From contig CAZBQQ010000003.1 of assembly GCA_964493965.1 (NCBI GenBank), positions 22,562 to 86,561 of the forward strand: a stretch of 64,000 nt of DNA, read 5' to 3'. Source of the stretch: an uncultured Solibacteraceae bacterium. Its GTDB lineage: Bacteria; Acidobacteriota; Terriglobia; Bryobacterales; Bryobacteraceae. This document shows positions 52,349-62,475 of this stretch, piece after piece. Within the stretch, counting starts at the first letter, position 1; each line of letters opens with the position of its first letter. The notes under the pieces were generated by a model that worked only from the letters and a program-made list of their open reading frames with translations, was not told the origin of the DNA and searched no databases. Made by a program: the position numbers and the translations under genes.

Positions 52349-53755
52349 ATGCCCCGATTGCCGGCGGTCTCGGGCCGCATTCTCATAGTCGACGATGACG
52401 AGCGTCAGCGGACTGCCTTGTCCGCGATGCTCTCCGATTGCGACTTCGAAACGCAGGTCGCCGTAGATGGGCAAGATGCGCTGGAACGTCTCACCGCCTT
52501 CAACGCCGACGTCATCGTTGCCGATTTAATCATGCCGCGCATGGACGGCTTCGAGCTCCTCCGGCTCTTGAAGGAACGCGGCGACCTCACGCCGGCGATC
52601 GTGCTCACCGGCTTCGGCAGCATGGAGAAGGCGCTGGCCGCGGTTCATGACCTGAATGCATTCTGGTTCCTCGAAAAGCCGGTGGAACCGCGCGCCTTCA
52701 AAACCCTTCTGGCACGCGCCGTCCACTACAAGAGAAGTCTCCAGAAGACCGAGGAGCTCAAGCGTGACCTGAGCCTCCGCGGTGTGATGGGGAATCTGGT
52801 GGGAACCTCCCCGGCGATGCAGCAGATCTTCGCAGTCATCAGGCAAGTGGGGCCCACTTCGGCGCCCGTCTTGATCTGTGGAGAGAGCGGCACGGGCAAA
52901 GAATTGGTTGCACGGGAAATCCACAACTGCAGCCCCCGCGCCGATGGGCCTTTCGTCGCCATCAACGCGGCCGCCCTGCCCGAAACCCTGATCGAGAGCG
53001 AGCTATTCGGCCACGAGAAGGGCGCGTTTACCGGGGCCATGGAGCGTTCCGCCGGCTGCTTTGAGCAGGCCCACGGGGGCACGCTGCTACTCGACGAGAT
53101 CGGCGAGATGCCGCAATCCACGCAACCCAAATTGCTGCGCGTTCTCGAGGACTTGCGAGTGCGGCGGCTTGGAGGAAAGCACGAAATCCCCGTCGACGCC
53201 CGCGTGCTGGCCGCCACGAGCCAGGACCTCGGAACGCATCTGCGCGAAGAACTTTACTACCGGCTGAGTGTTTTCCAGATCCAGATTCCGCCTCTGCGCG
53301 AGCACAAGGAAGATATCTCGCCGATCGCCGATGTGATGGTGCAAAACCTGAACAAGAAGCACGGCACGCGCGTCACTGGCGTCGATGCCGAAGTCCTGGA
53401 ACTCTTTCAACGGTATGATTGGCCCGGCAATGTGCGGGAGTTACGCAACGTCCTGGAGCGCGCCGCCATCATGGCAGGCGAGGGCCCAATCCGGTTGGCG
53501 AACCTTCCCTCCCCCGGACTCGGCGCGGTCACGGGCCCGTATACCCGGCCATCACCCAGCTATGAGGGGCCTATTATGCTTCCGGCCGGCCAGCCACTCA
53601 TGAAACTAGAGGCGGCTTACATCAAACTTACCCTCGAGCACGTCGCCGGGAATCGCAAACGCGCCGCCGAGATGTTGGGAATCAGCCTGCGGACGCTGCA
53701 GAACCGCATCGCCGCGCTGCGAGAAGAGGCGAAGGCGATAACTCCCGGTTCCTGA
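52349..53755 (+). CDS. sigma-54-dependent response regulator (NtrC family: receiver + AAA+ + Fis-type HTH)
   Basis: The receiver reads ILIVDDDE...VIVADLIMPRMDG. Walker A is GESGTGKE. The GAFTGA motif is present as EKGAFTGA. Also present are ELFGHE, YRL and the C-terminal HTH AAEMLGISLRTLQNRI. Confidence 0.9.
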   Translation: MPRLPAVSGRILIVDDDERQRTALSAMLSDCDFETQVAVDGQDALERLTAFNADVIVADLIMPRMDGFELLRLLKERGDLTPAIVLTGFGSMEKALAAVHDLNAFWFLEKPVEPRAFKTLLARAVHYKRSLQKTEELKRDLSLRGVMGNLVGTSPAMQQIFAVIRQVGPTSAPVLICGESGTGKELVAREIHNCSPRADGPFVAINAAALPETLIESELFGHEKGAFTGAMERSAGCFEQAHGGTLLLDEIGEMPQSTQPKLLRVLEDLRVRRLGGKHEIPVDARVLAATSQDLGTHLREELYYRLSVFQIQIPPLREHKEDISPIADVMVQNLNKKHGTRVTGVDAEVLELFQRYDWPGNVRELRNVLERAAIMAGEGPIRLANLPSPGLGAVTGPYTRPSPSYEGPIMLPAGQPLMKLEAAYIKLTLEHVAGNRKRAAEMLGISLRTLQNRIAALREEAKAITPGS

Positions 53756-53762
53756 GCGGCTC

Positions 53763-54605
53763 ATGCGTCTGCTCAAGGCCTTGCCGCGATTGTTCTGGCA
53801 AGCCTCGGTCGAATGGGTCAACGACAATGGGCCGCGCCTCGGCGCTTCCGTCTCGTTCTACACCCTGCTGTCGCTGGCGCCCGTGATTGTGATCGCCGTC
53901 GCCGTGGCCGCCCTTGTTTACGGCCAGGAGGCCGCGCAGGGCCGGCTGGCGTCGGAAATCCGAGGCTTCGCCGGTTCCGAAGTGGCACGGACCGTCAAGG
54001 AGATCATCCGAGGCGCCTACAAGCCCGGGTCAGGCGTAATTGCGACCGTGCTTGGCCTGGCGACCTTGGCATTCGGCGCCTCTTCCATCTTTGTGGAGCT
54101 GCATGACGCCCTGAACACGATCTGGCATGTTACGCTTCCCCCTGACCGAACCAATGCTGCCGCCGTTCTTCGTCTGATCCGGGCTCGCTTCTATTCGTTT
54201 GCGGGGGTGACGGGCATAGGTCTGCTGCTGCTGGTTGCCCTGCTGTTGAACGCCTGGATCGCCACCATGAGGATTGCCGCGCCGCGGACTGCCACGTTCG
54301 CGACTCTGTGCGCGGTGATCGCGGTGCTGTTCGCGTGCCTCTACAGGATTGCTCCAGACGTCAAACTGAAGTGGAGCGACGTCGCCCCCGGAGCCGTCCT
54401 TGCCGCCTTGCTGTTCATGATCGGCAAGCAGCTTATGGGGCAGTACTTCGCACATACCAGCTTCGGCTCGACGTACAGTGCCGCCGGCTCGCCGATTGTC
54501 GTGCTGCTATGGGTGTACTGCTCGGCGGAGGTGTTCTTTTGGGGCGCCGAGTTCAGCAAGGTGTACGCGCGGACATTGGGATCCCACAGCGACCCGCAGC
54601 CTTGA
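53763..54605 (+). CDS. YihY/BrkB family membrane protein
   Basis: 280 aa. GPRLGASVSFYTLLSLAPVIVI...IFVELHDALNTIW, six hydrophobic segments and LLWVYCSAEVFFWGAEFS are typical of the family. Confidence 0.85.
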   Translation: MRLLKALPRLFWQASVEWVNDNGPRLGASVSFYTLLSLAPVIVIAVAVAALVYGQEAAQGRLASEIRGFAGSEVARTVKEIIRGAYKPGSGVIATVLGLATLAFGASSIFVELHDALNTIWHVTLPPDRTNAAAVLRLIRARFYSFAGVTGIGLLLLVALLLNAWIATMRIAAPRTATFATLCAVIAVLFACLYRIAPDVKLKWSDVAPGAVLAALLFMIGKQLMGQYFAHTSFGSTYSAAGSPIVVLLWVYCSAEVFFWGAEFSKVYARTLGSHSDPQP

Positions 54606-54640
54606 GGGCACTTCGGCCACAGGAGTGCTCCATCGCAAGC

Positions 54641-55486
54641 ATGGAGAGAGCCCCCTTCCGCACATGCGGGTTGCTGCTGATCCTGGCTTCGGCGACAGCG
54701 CTGCCGGGCCAGACGGACGCGCGCGAAATCATCCGCCGCGCCGCCGCAGCCGACGCCAGCAATTGGAAGGTGGCCCGAAACTACAACTTCTCCGAACGCG
54801 AGAAGTTGCGCTATCTGGACTCCCAAGGCCGGTTGAAATCCCAGGAAATCAATATCGACGACGTCACGCTGCTGGACGGCTCCCCCTACCGGCGGCTGAT
54901 GGCGCGTGACGGCCTCCCGTTGCCGCCCGCCGAAGAGAAGAAGGAGTCGGAGAAGTTCGCGCGCAGCGTCGCCGAGCGCCGGGACCAGACGGCATCCCAG
55001 CGGGCGCAACGCCTGTCCGAGTATGTCTCGCGCCCGGAGTGGCAGCGTGAAGCCTGGCGCGAACTGCCAAACGGCTTCGACTTCCGTCTGGCTGGGGAAG
55101 AGGCGCGGGACGGCGGCACTCTCTACGTGATCGAGGCCACGCCGCACCCGGGATACCAGCCCCTGTCACGCACCGCGAAAACGTTTGCGCACCTCCGGTG
55201 CAAGTTTTGGGTGGATAAGCAGGATTACCGCCTGGTGAGAGCGGAGGTGGAAGTGGTCGACGCCATCTCGGTGGGGCTCATCCTGGTTCGCGTGGCCAAG
55301 GGCTCCCACGCGACCTTTGAGCAGGCCCGCGTTAACGATGAGGTCTGGCTGCCGAGTCAGGTACGCGCATTTCTCTCGGTTCGTTTGGGATTGTTGAAAG
55401 TGCTGCGCATCGAACAGGAACTGAGCTACAGCAAATGCAGTGAATCCCCGCCGCCGGTCGACATCTCACAGATGACCACGAAGTAG
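54641..55486 (+). CDS. secreted hypothetical protein
   Basis: 281 aa from ATG 54641 (the track ORF start at 54308 overlaps the previous gene). The signal peptide is MERAPFRTCGLLLILASATALPGQ. No family was recognised. Confidence 0.55.
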   Translation: MERAPFRTCGLLLILASATALPGQTDAREIIRRAAAADASNWKVARNYNFSEREKLRYLDSQGRLKSQEINIDDVTLLDGSPYRRLMARDGLPLPPAEEKKESEKFARSVAERRDQTASQRAQRLSEYVSRPEWQREAWRELPNGFDFRLAGEEARDGGTLYVIEATPHPGYQPLSRTAKTFAHLRCKFWVDKQDYRLVRAEVEVVDAISVGLILVRVAKGSHATFEQARVNDEVWLPSQVRAFLSVRLGLLKVLRIEQELSYSKCSESPPPVDISQMTTK

Positions 55487-55501
55487 CGGGCGCGATTCTA
55501 T

Positions 55502-55690
55502 CTACGCCGCCTCGCCGATGGGCGATTGCCACCGGAACAGGAAGAAGTGATGGCCGCAAAGACCGCACCGGCACGGTTGAAGGAGCCAATGAAAAGCTCC
55601 CTCCACGACGTTCCGGGCGCCCACCCGCCTGAACTCAATGGATCTGCAATAGGGACAGCGCGTGCTGAATAGCGTCAGGATCGCGCCCAT
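55502..55690 (-). CDS. small Cys-rich (zinc-ribbon-like) protein
   Basis: 62 aa from ATG 55690. The sequence reads CPYCRSIEFRR...CRCGLCGHHF (CxxC ... CxCxxC). Confidence 0.35.
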   Translation of the reverse strand: MGAILTLFSTRCPYCRSIEFRRVGARNVVEGAFHWLLQPCRCGLCGHHFFLFRWQSPIGEAA

Positions 55691-56012
55691 GAAGTTTCTA
55701 GGCATCGGCCTTCGCCGTACTGTGGGCCGCAAGGCGTGCATGACTTCGCGCCATCGGCGTGCCGTAGTGAGCCTGGGGGCCATCTCGCCGGGCCGCGGCT
55801 GGCCGGCTCGCCTCGCGGGCTGCCTTCACCTGCTCCGGCGTTCTCAAGTCGGGCTCCGACAGCCGGACCCGTGCTTTCGCGCGTGAAACCTCACGCTTGT
55901 GCCGCTTCTGTATTCTCTTGTCCATACGTATCCTTTACCCGGCTCATGTGGGGCAGCTTGTCAAGCTGCGCGTCGGTTGCCAACCGGCGCCGAAGGCAGT
56001 CAACAACCCGCC

Positions 56013-56029
56013 GCAGGCTGCCAGCCTGC
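56013..56029 (-). terminator. candidate hairpin after groEL (GCAGGCT-GGC-AGCCTGC)
   Basis: A 7-bp GC-rich stem with a 3-nt loop lies about 20 nt downstream of the groEL stop on the minus strand, followed by gggTTGTTg. The U-tract is poor. Confidence 0.3.
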
Positions 56030-56049
56030 CCCACAGGACGGTCGGTGGT

Positions 56050-57672
<1,623 letters not shown>

Positions 57673-57984
57673 CTACTTCTTGGCCACTTTGGCGGCCGGA
57701 TCCAAAATGCCGAGAACGTCGTCCTCGCGCATGATGATGTATTCGACCCCATCCAGCTTCGTCTCGCTGCCGGAATACTTCCCGAAAAGGATGCGATCGC
57801 CGACCTTGACGTCGAGGGCCACCAGTTCGCCGCTCTCGAGCCTCTTGCCGTGACCCACAGCCAGCACCTCGCCCTCTTGAGGTTTCTCTTTGGCGGAGTC
57901 CGGGATGATGATGCCCTTGCGCGTGGTTTCTTGTTCCTCGATCCGCTTCACCACGATGCGGTCGTATAACGGTCTTAGGTTCAT
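57673..57984 (-). CDS. groS: co-chaperonin GroES (Cpn10)
   Basis: 103 aa. The sequence reads [46 protein letters not shown]... Confidence 0.97.
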   Translation of the reverse strand: MNLRPLYDRIVVKRIEEQETTRKGIIIPDSAKEKPQEGEVLAVGHGKRLESGELVALDVKVGDRILFGKYSGSETKLDGVEYIIMREDDVLGILDPAAKVAKK

Positions 57985-58146
57985 AGTGCTGTCGGATTCA
58001 ACTGCACGCGTCGCGCCAATATCCTCTGCTGTTGAGGCGATTCGCCGGCGAGCGGGTTGTAGACTCCGCGGGGAGGGGATGGGACGTCTGGCGGTAACGC
58101 TATATGGTCAAGTGACCGCGGGCGGTCGGTAGTTTTCCAGTGCCGG

Positions 58147-58323
58147 CTACGGCGTCTTGACCATGCCGGCGAACACGGCTGCGACCGCAAGCGTGAGCGC
58201 GATCAACGCGAATACCAGGGTAAAGCCTTTCAGCCACTCGCGGCGATCGAAGTCTGTCTCTGCTTTGTATGCACGCTGCTGCGCGTCCCAGACCAGATCA
58301 GCGGCCTGCGAGGGGTTTTCCAT
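58147..58323 (-). CDS. small single-pass membrane protein
   Basis: 58 aa from ATG 58323, with the C-terminal TM helix GFTLVFALIALTLAVAAVFAG. It lies between the sigma-54 activator and groES. Confidence 0.4.
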   Translation of the reverse strand: MENPSQAADLVWDAQQRAYKAETDFDRREWLKGFTLVFALIALTLAVAAVFAGMVKTP

Positions 58324-58366
58324 TGCTGTCACGAGTGCACGCGTCTGGCCAGCGGACGAAGGACGG

Positions 58367-60520
58367 TCAGAGATCCTTGCGAGAGATGCCAAGCTTGCGC
58401 ATCAGCGCGTTCAAGGTTGTTCGCGGCATTCCGAGGCGGGCAGCGGCCTTGCTGATCACGCCACCCGTCTCCCGTAGCACCCGGATGACATGCTCCCTTT
58501 CCACCTGCTCCAGCGTGCTGTTGCCGGCGGGCTCCGCGGCATCGTGCCGTATTTCGGCCAAAGGAGCACGAAGGTTGGGGCCTCGGGAGAGGATGACTGC
58601 CCGCTCAATGAAGTTCTCGAGCTCCCGGACATTGCCGGGCCACGACCAACTCACCAGCGCGCGCATCGTATCCGACGGGATCTTCTCGATCTGCTTGTTC
58701 ATCTCCCGGGCGTACTTTTGCGTGAAGTGGCGGGCGAGCACGGGTATGTCCTCGGGGTGATCGCGCAAGGGAGGTGTCGTGATCGGAAAGACCTTCAGCC
58801 GGTAGTACAGATCTGTCCGAAACAGTTTGTCGCCCATCATCTGGGTCAAATTGCGATTGGTCGCGGCAACCAGCCGGACGTCAATGGGAATCGTCCGTGT
58901 GCCGCCCAACCGCTCGAACGACTTCTCCTGCAGCGCCCGAAGCAGCTTCGGCTGCAAGTCCAGCGGGATGTCGCCCACCTCGTCCAGGAACAGAGTCCCC
59001 CGGTGGGCCAGCTCGAAGCGGCCCAACTTCTGCGACAAGGCGCCGGTGAAGGCTCCTTTCTCGTAGCCGAACAACTCGCTCTCGAGCAGCCCCGTCGGAA
59101 TGGCGGCGCAATTCAAGGTGACAAAGGGTTGGTTCTTGCGGGGGCTCAGCCGGTGGATCGCGCGCGCCACCAGTTCCTTCCCGGTGCCGGTTTCACCGAG
59201 GATCAGGACGTTGGCGTCGGTAGGAGCGACCACTTCCACCTGTCGCAGAATCCGCTTCAGAGCCGCGCTGTTCCCGACCATCTCCTCGAAGTTCTGCTTG
59301 CCCTCGACGTCTTCGTCGCCGACGTTCTCGAAGTGGTCGCGCTCCCGCAGGTCCTGAACGAATGTGATCCATCGGAAAGGCGAGAGCTTCAAAACCGCGG
59401 TGGCAACCAGAACCGGAACTCGCGTTCCGTCCTTGCGGAGCAGTTCTTTCTCGTATGGTGTGCAGGCTCCGAATCTCAAGCCTTCTTCGTGCGCCAGATC
59501 GTCGAGCGCGGAGTATTCCGCGGGAGTAAGATCGGGCCAGTGCAGCCGGCCCGCCAGTAAGTCCTCACGGCTGTACCCCACCAGTTTGAGGAACGCATCA
59601 TTGGCCTCGGAAATGCGGTCGAACTCGCCGGAAACGATGCCGGCAATCGTGGATCCCGCGGCGACCGGACGGACGCGCGCGCGGCCGCGGCGCAACTTCT
59701 CGTCCATTTCGTGACGCTCGCTAAAGTCGCGCACCACCCTCGCAAAGCCTTGCAGCTCTCCGTCCCCATCTCTCAGGGCTTGCGTAATGACGTTGGCCCA
59801 GAATCGCGATCCGTCCTTTCTTACGTGCCAGCCTTCATTTCCGAAATGGCCTTCGGCGGCCGATCGGTTCAGTTCCTGCTCCGCGTCCACGCTGGGACTC
59901 CCCGCGCCGGCACTCTCCTCGCTGGCATACAAAAATGAGACGTGCCTGCCGGCCGCCTCCTCTCCGGTGTAGCCGTAAATGCGCGCCGCGCCCGAGTACC
60001 AGGCGGCAACGCGGCCCCCAGCGTCCAAAAGGAAGAGCGCGTAGTCTTGCGCCCACGACGGGGCCTGGTCCTGGCCGGCCTCGGAGGTCTTGTCGCGCAA
60101 CACCAGCAGGTGGCGCACCGGCAACACGTTCCCTTTCGCCGTGTACTCCACGTCCCACTGGGTTCCATGCGGACCGGCCATCCGAAGAGTGCCCTCCTGC
60201 TCGCCCTGTCCCAGAAAGGCGCTCCAGAGCTCCGGAATCCGAGGTCTGAAGCTTGGATCGGTGAGCTCGTCGATCTTGTGGCCGATAATCTCTTCCCGCG
60301 GGATTCCCAGCAGCTTGCCTGCGCCCTCGCTCGCGTCCCGGTAGTTGCGTTCGTCGTCTGCGATGAGGAGGGGTACGGAAGGATGGTAGACGATCGCCCG
60401 AAACAGCAGTTCGAGTTCTCGTGGACCATTCTCCAACAACCAGTCCACGCCCTGCGCCTGTGGGAATTCAGAGGCCAACCATGCTCCTTCGGAAACACCT
60501 CGAATGGGTCGTCGGTTCAT
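58367..60520 (-). CDS. sigma-54-dependent transcriptional activator with N-terminal PAS domains (PAS-PAS-AAA+-HTH)
   Basis: The AAA+ module carries GETGTGKE, EKGAFTGA, ESELFGYE and RTDLYYRL. The C-terminal HTH is AAARLGMPRTTLNALMRKLGI. The N-terminal half has PAS-like repeats. The start is uncertain (ATG 60520 or the ORF start at 60607). Confidence 0.85.
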   Translation of the reverse strand: MNRRPIRGVSEGAWLASEFPQAQGVDWLLENGPRELELLFRAIVYHPSVPLLIADDERNYRDASEGAGKLLGIPREEIIGHKIDELTDPSFRPRIPELWSAFLGQGEQEGTLRMAGPHGTQWDVEYTAKGNVLPVRHLLVLRDKTSEAGQDQAPSWAQDYALFLLDAGGRVAAWYSGAARIYGYTGEEAAGRHVSFLYASEESAGAGSPSVDAEQELNRSAAEGHFGNEGWHVRKDGSRFWANVITQALRDGDGELQGFARVVRDFSERHEMDEKLRRGRARVRPVAAGSTIAGIVSGEFDRISEANDAFLKLVGYSREDLLAGRLHWPDLTPAEYSALDDLAHEEGLRFGACTPYEKELLRKDGTRVPVLVATAVLKLSPFRWITFVQDLRERDHFENVGDEDVEGKQNFEEMVGNSAALKRILRQVEVVAPTDANVLILGETGTGKELVARAIHRLSPRKNQPFVTLNCAAIPTGLLESELFGYEKGAFTGALSQKLGRFELAHRGTLFLDEVGDIPLDLQPKLLRALQEKSFERLGGTRTIPIDVRLVAATNRNLTQMMGDKLFRTDLYYRLKVFPITTPPLRDHPEDIPVLARHFTQKYAREMNKQIEKIPSDTMRALVSWSWPGNVRELENFIERAVILSRGPNLRAPLAEIRHDAAEPAGNSTLEQVEREHVIRVLRETGGVISKAAARLGMPRTTLNALMRKLGISRKDL

Positions 60521-60730
60521 GCTACCACCGCGACGACTCCGGGGCGGATCTTCCCGACCAAATGCGGTCAGGGAGGGGCCGTGAACGATGGTTGTTGGCC
60601 CGACCACATTCGGTCATGTGACCGCCCGGCGTCGGGGCAGAAAAGGCGTGCCGTTCGCACGGACCAGCTGTTTGGCCCCGCTCAGCGGGCATCTGGCGAT
60701 GGGCAACGGATTGCTCCTCGGGAAGCCAGC

Positions 60731-62467
60731 ATGCGACAGCGAGTCATTCCGCTACTGGCGCCACTCACGAAGCACCGTCAGAACGGCGACTCCTGCTACC
60801 AGACCAAAGCTCGCGGGCTGGCCGTGCTCAACTCTCCGCTGTTGAACAAGGGGACAGCGTTCACTTCGGAAGAACGCAAAGCGCTGGGCCTCACGGGTCT
60901 TCTCCCGCCGGACATCAGCACGCTGGGGTCGCAAGTCAAACGCGCCTACATCCAGTACGAACGGCTGCCGGATGCGCTGAGCAAGAACGTCTACCTGACC
61001 GCCCTGCACGACCGCAATGAGGTGCTGTTCTACCGGCTGTTCTCAGAGCACCTGCGCGAGATGGTCCCCATCGTCAACGACCTCACCGTCGGCATGGCCA
61101 TGGAACAGTACCACCATGAGTGCCGGCGTCCACGGGGCGTCTACCTCTCCATCGACCACGTCGACGCGATTGAGGAGGCCTTTGCCAACCTCGGCGTCGG
61201 CTCCGGCGATATCGACCTCATCCTCGCGACCGATGCAGAGCAGATTCTGGGAATCGGCGACTGGGGAGTGGGCGGCATTGAAGTGTCGATCGGCAAATTG
61301 GCGATTTACACGGCGGCCGGCGGCGTTGACCCGACCCGCGTGATTCCCGTGATGCTCGATGTCGGCACCAACCGGGCCAGCCTGTTGGACGATCCCGCCT
61401 ACATCGGCAACCGCCACGCCCGGGTGCGCGGAGAGCAGTACGACGCCTTCATCGACGCCTACGTCAAAGCCGTTACCACGATGTTCCCGAATGCGCTGCT
61501 GCAGTGGGAGGACTTCGCCCCCGGCAACGGCCGGCGCATCATAGAGAAGTATCGCGACAGGATCTGCACCTTCAACGACGATATCCAGGGCACCGGTGCG
61601 ATCACGCTGGCGGCCGCGATCTCCGCGGTCCGCGTCTGCGGGACTCCGCTGCGCAACCAGCGCGTGGTCATCTTCGGCGCCGGCACGGCAGGCGTTGGAG
61701 TCGCCGACCAGATTCGGGAGGCCATGGTGCGTGAGGGGCTCTCCCAACAGGATGCAACCAGACGGTTCTGGTGCGTGGACCGGCAGGGGTTGCTGACGGC
61801 CGACATGGCCGGCCAACTCCGCGACTATCAGGCGCCGTACGCCCGGCCGGCGGCCGAAAACAAGACCTGGAAGCGCGACGGAAATGGAGACGGTGCAAGC
61901 CTGGCCGAGGTGGTGCGCCAGGTGAAACCGACAATGCTGATCGGTGCGTCAACGGTTTCCGGCAGTTTCACGGAAGAGATCGTCAGGGAAATGGCGGCGC
62001 ACACGGAGCGCCCAATCATTTTCGCGCTCTCCAATCCACCCGCGCGGGCAGAGGCGAACCCGGCCGACCTGATCGCCTGGACGGACGGGCGGGCGCTGAT
62101 CGCCACCGGCAGCCCGGTCGCCCCCATCACTTATAAAGGGGTGACCTACGTGATCGCGCAGGTGAACAACGCCATGCTGTACCCCGGCCTGGGCCTCGGG
62201 GCGATCGTTTCGCGAGCCAGCCGGATCAGCGATGGGATGTTCGCGGCGGCGGCGGGTGCGGTGTCCAGCCTGGTGGCAGTGCGCCAGCCCGGCGCTTCCC
62301 TGCTCCCGCATATCGACGACCTGCGCAGCGTGGCTGGAACCGTGGCGGCAGCCGTCGCCGAGACGGCGGAAGCAGAGGGACTGTCCGGAGTCCACTTCAG
62401 CGACATCGTTCAACAAGTCCAAGACGCCATGTGGCAGCCGGAATACCGCCGCATCCAAGCGTCCTGA
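60731..62467 (+). CDS. NAD(P)-dependent malic enzyme
   Basis: 578 aa from ATG 60731; the track ORF 59942.. is an antisense-overlapping extension. Motifs seen: LLNKGTAFTSEER, LGLTGLLPP, LGIGDWGVGGI.VSIGKL.IYTA.GG, FNDDIQGT and FGAG.AG.G.A. Confidence 0.9.
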   Translation: MRQRVIPLLAPLTKHRQNGDSCYQTKARGLAVLNSPLLNKGTAFTSEERKALGLTGLLPPDISTLGSQVKRAYIQYERLPDALSKNVYLTALHDRNEVLFYRLFSEHLREMVPIVNDLTVGMAMEQYHHECRRPRGVYLSIDHVDAIEEAFANLGVGSGDIDLILATDAEQILGIGDWGVGGIEVSIGKLAIYTAAGGVDPTRVIPVMLDVGTNRASLLDDPAYIGNRHARVRGEQYDAFIDAYVKAVTTMFPNALLQWEDFAPGNGRRIIEKYRDRICTFNDDIQGTGAITLAAAISAVRVCGTPLRNQRVVIFGAGTAGVGVADQIREAMVREGLSQQDATRRFWCVDRQGLLTADMAGQLRDYQAPYARPAAENKTWKRDGNGDGASLAEVVRQVKPTMLIGASTVSGSFTEEIVREMAAHTERPIIFALSNPPARAEANPADLIAWTDGRALIATGSPVAPITYKGVTYVIAQVNNAMLYPGLGLGAIVSRASRISDGMFAAAAGAVSSLVAVRQPGASLLPHIDDLRSVAGTVAAAVAETAEAEGLSGVHFSDIVQQVQDAMWQPEYRRIQAS

Positions 62468-62475
62468 AAGGCCCC

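Noticed and set aside
55698-55925. A 75-aa Lys/Arg-rich minus-strand ORF (MDKRIQKRHKREVSRAKARV...).
   Set aside because: It has no recognisable family and low complexity. It may be real, since it is followed closely by the Cys-rich ORF, but I cannot support it from sequence alone.
57985-58007. An inverted repeat upstream of groES as a CIRCE/HrcA operator.
   Set aside because: The half-site orientation and sequence (GTGCAGT-N8-ACAGCAC) do not match TTAGCACTC-N9-GAGTGCTAA. Only the AGCACT core is shared on one side.
60701-60714. GGGCAACGGATTGC upstream of the malic enzyme gene as a sigma-54 -24/-12 promoter.
   Set aside because: The GG-to-GC spacing is one nucleotide shorter than the strict consensus (TGGCAC-N5-TTGC), and no other support exists.
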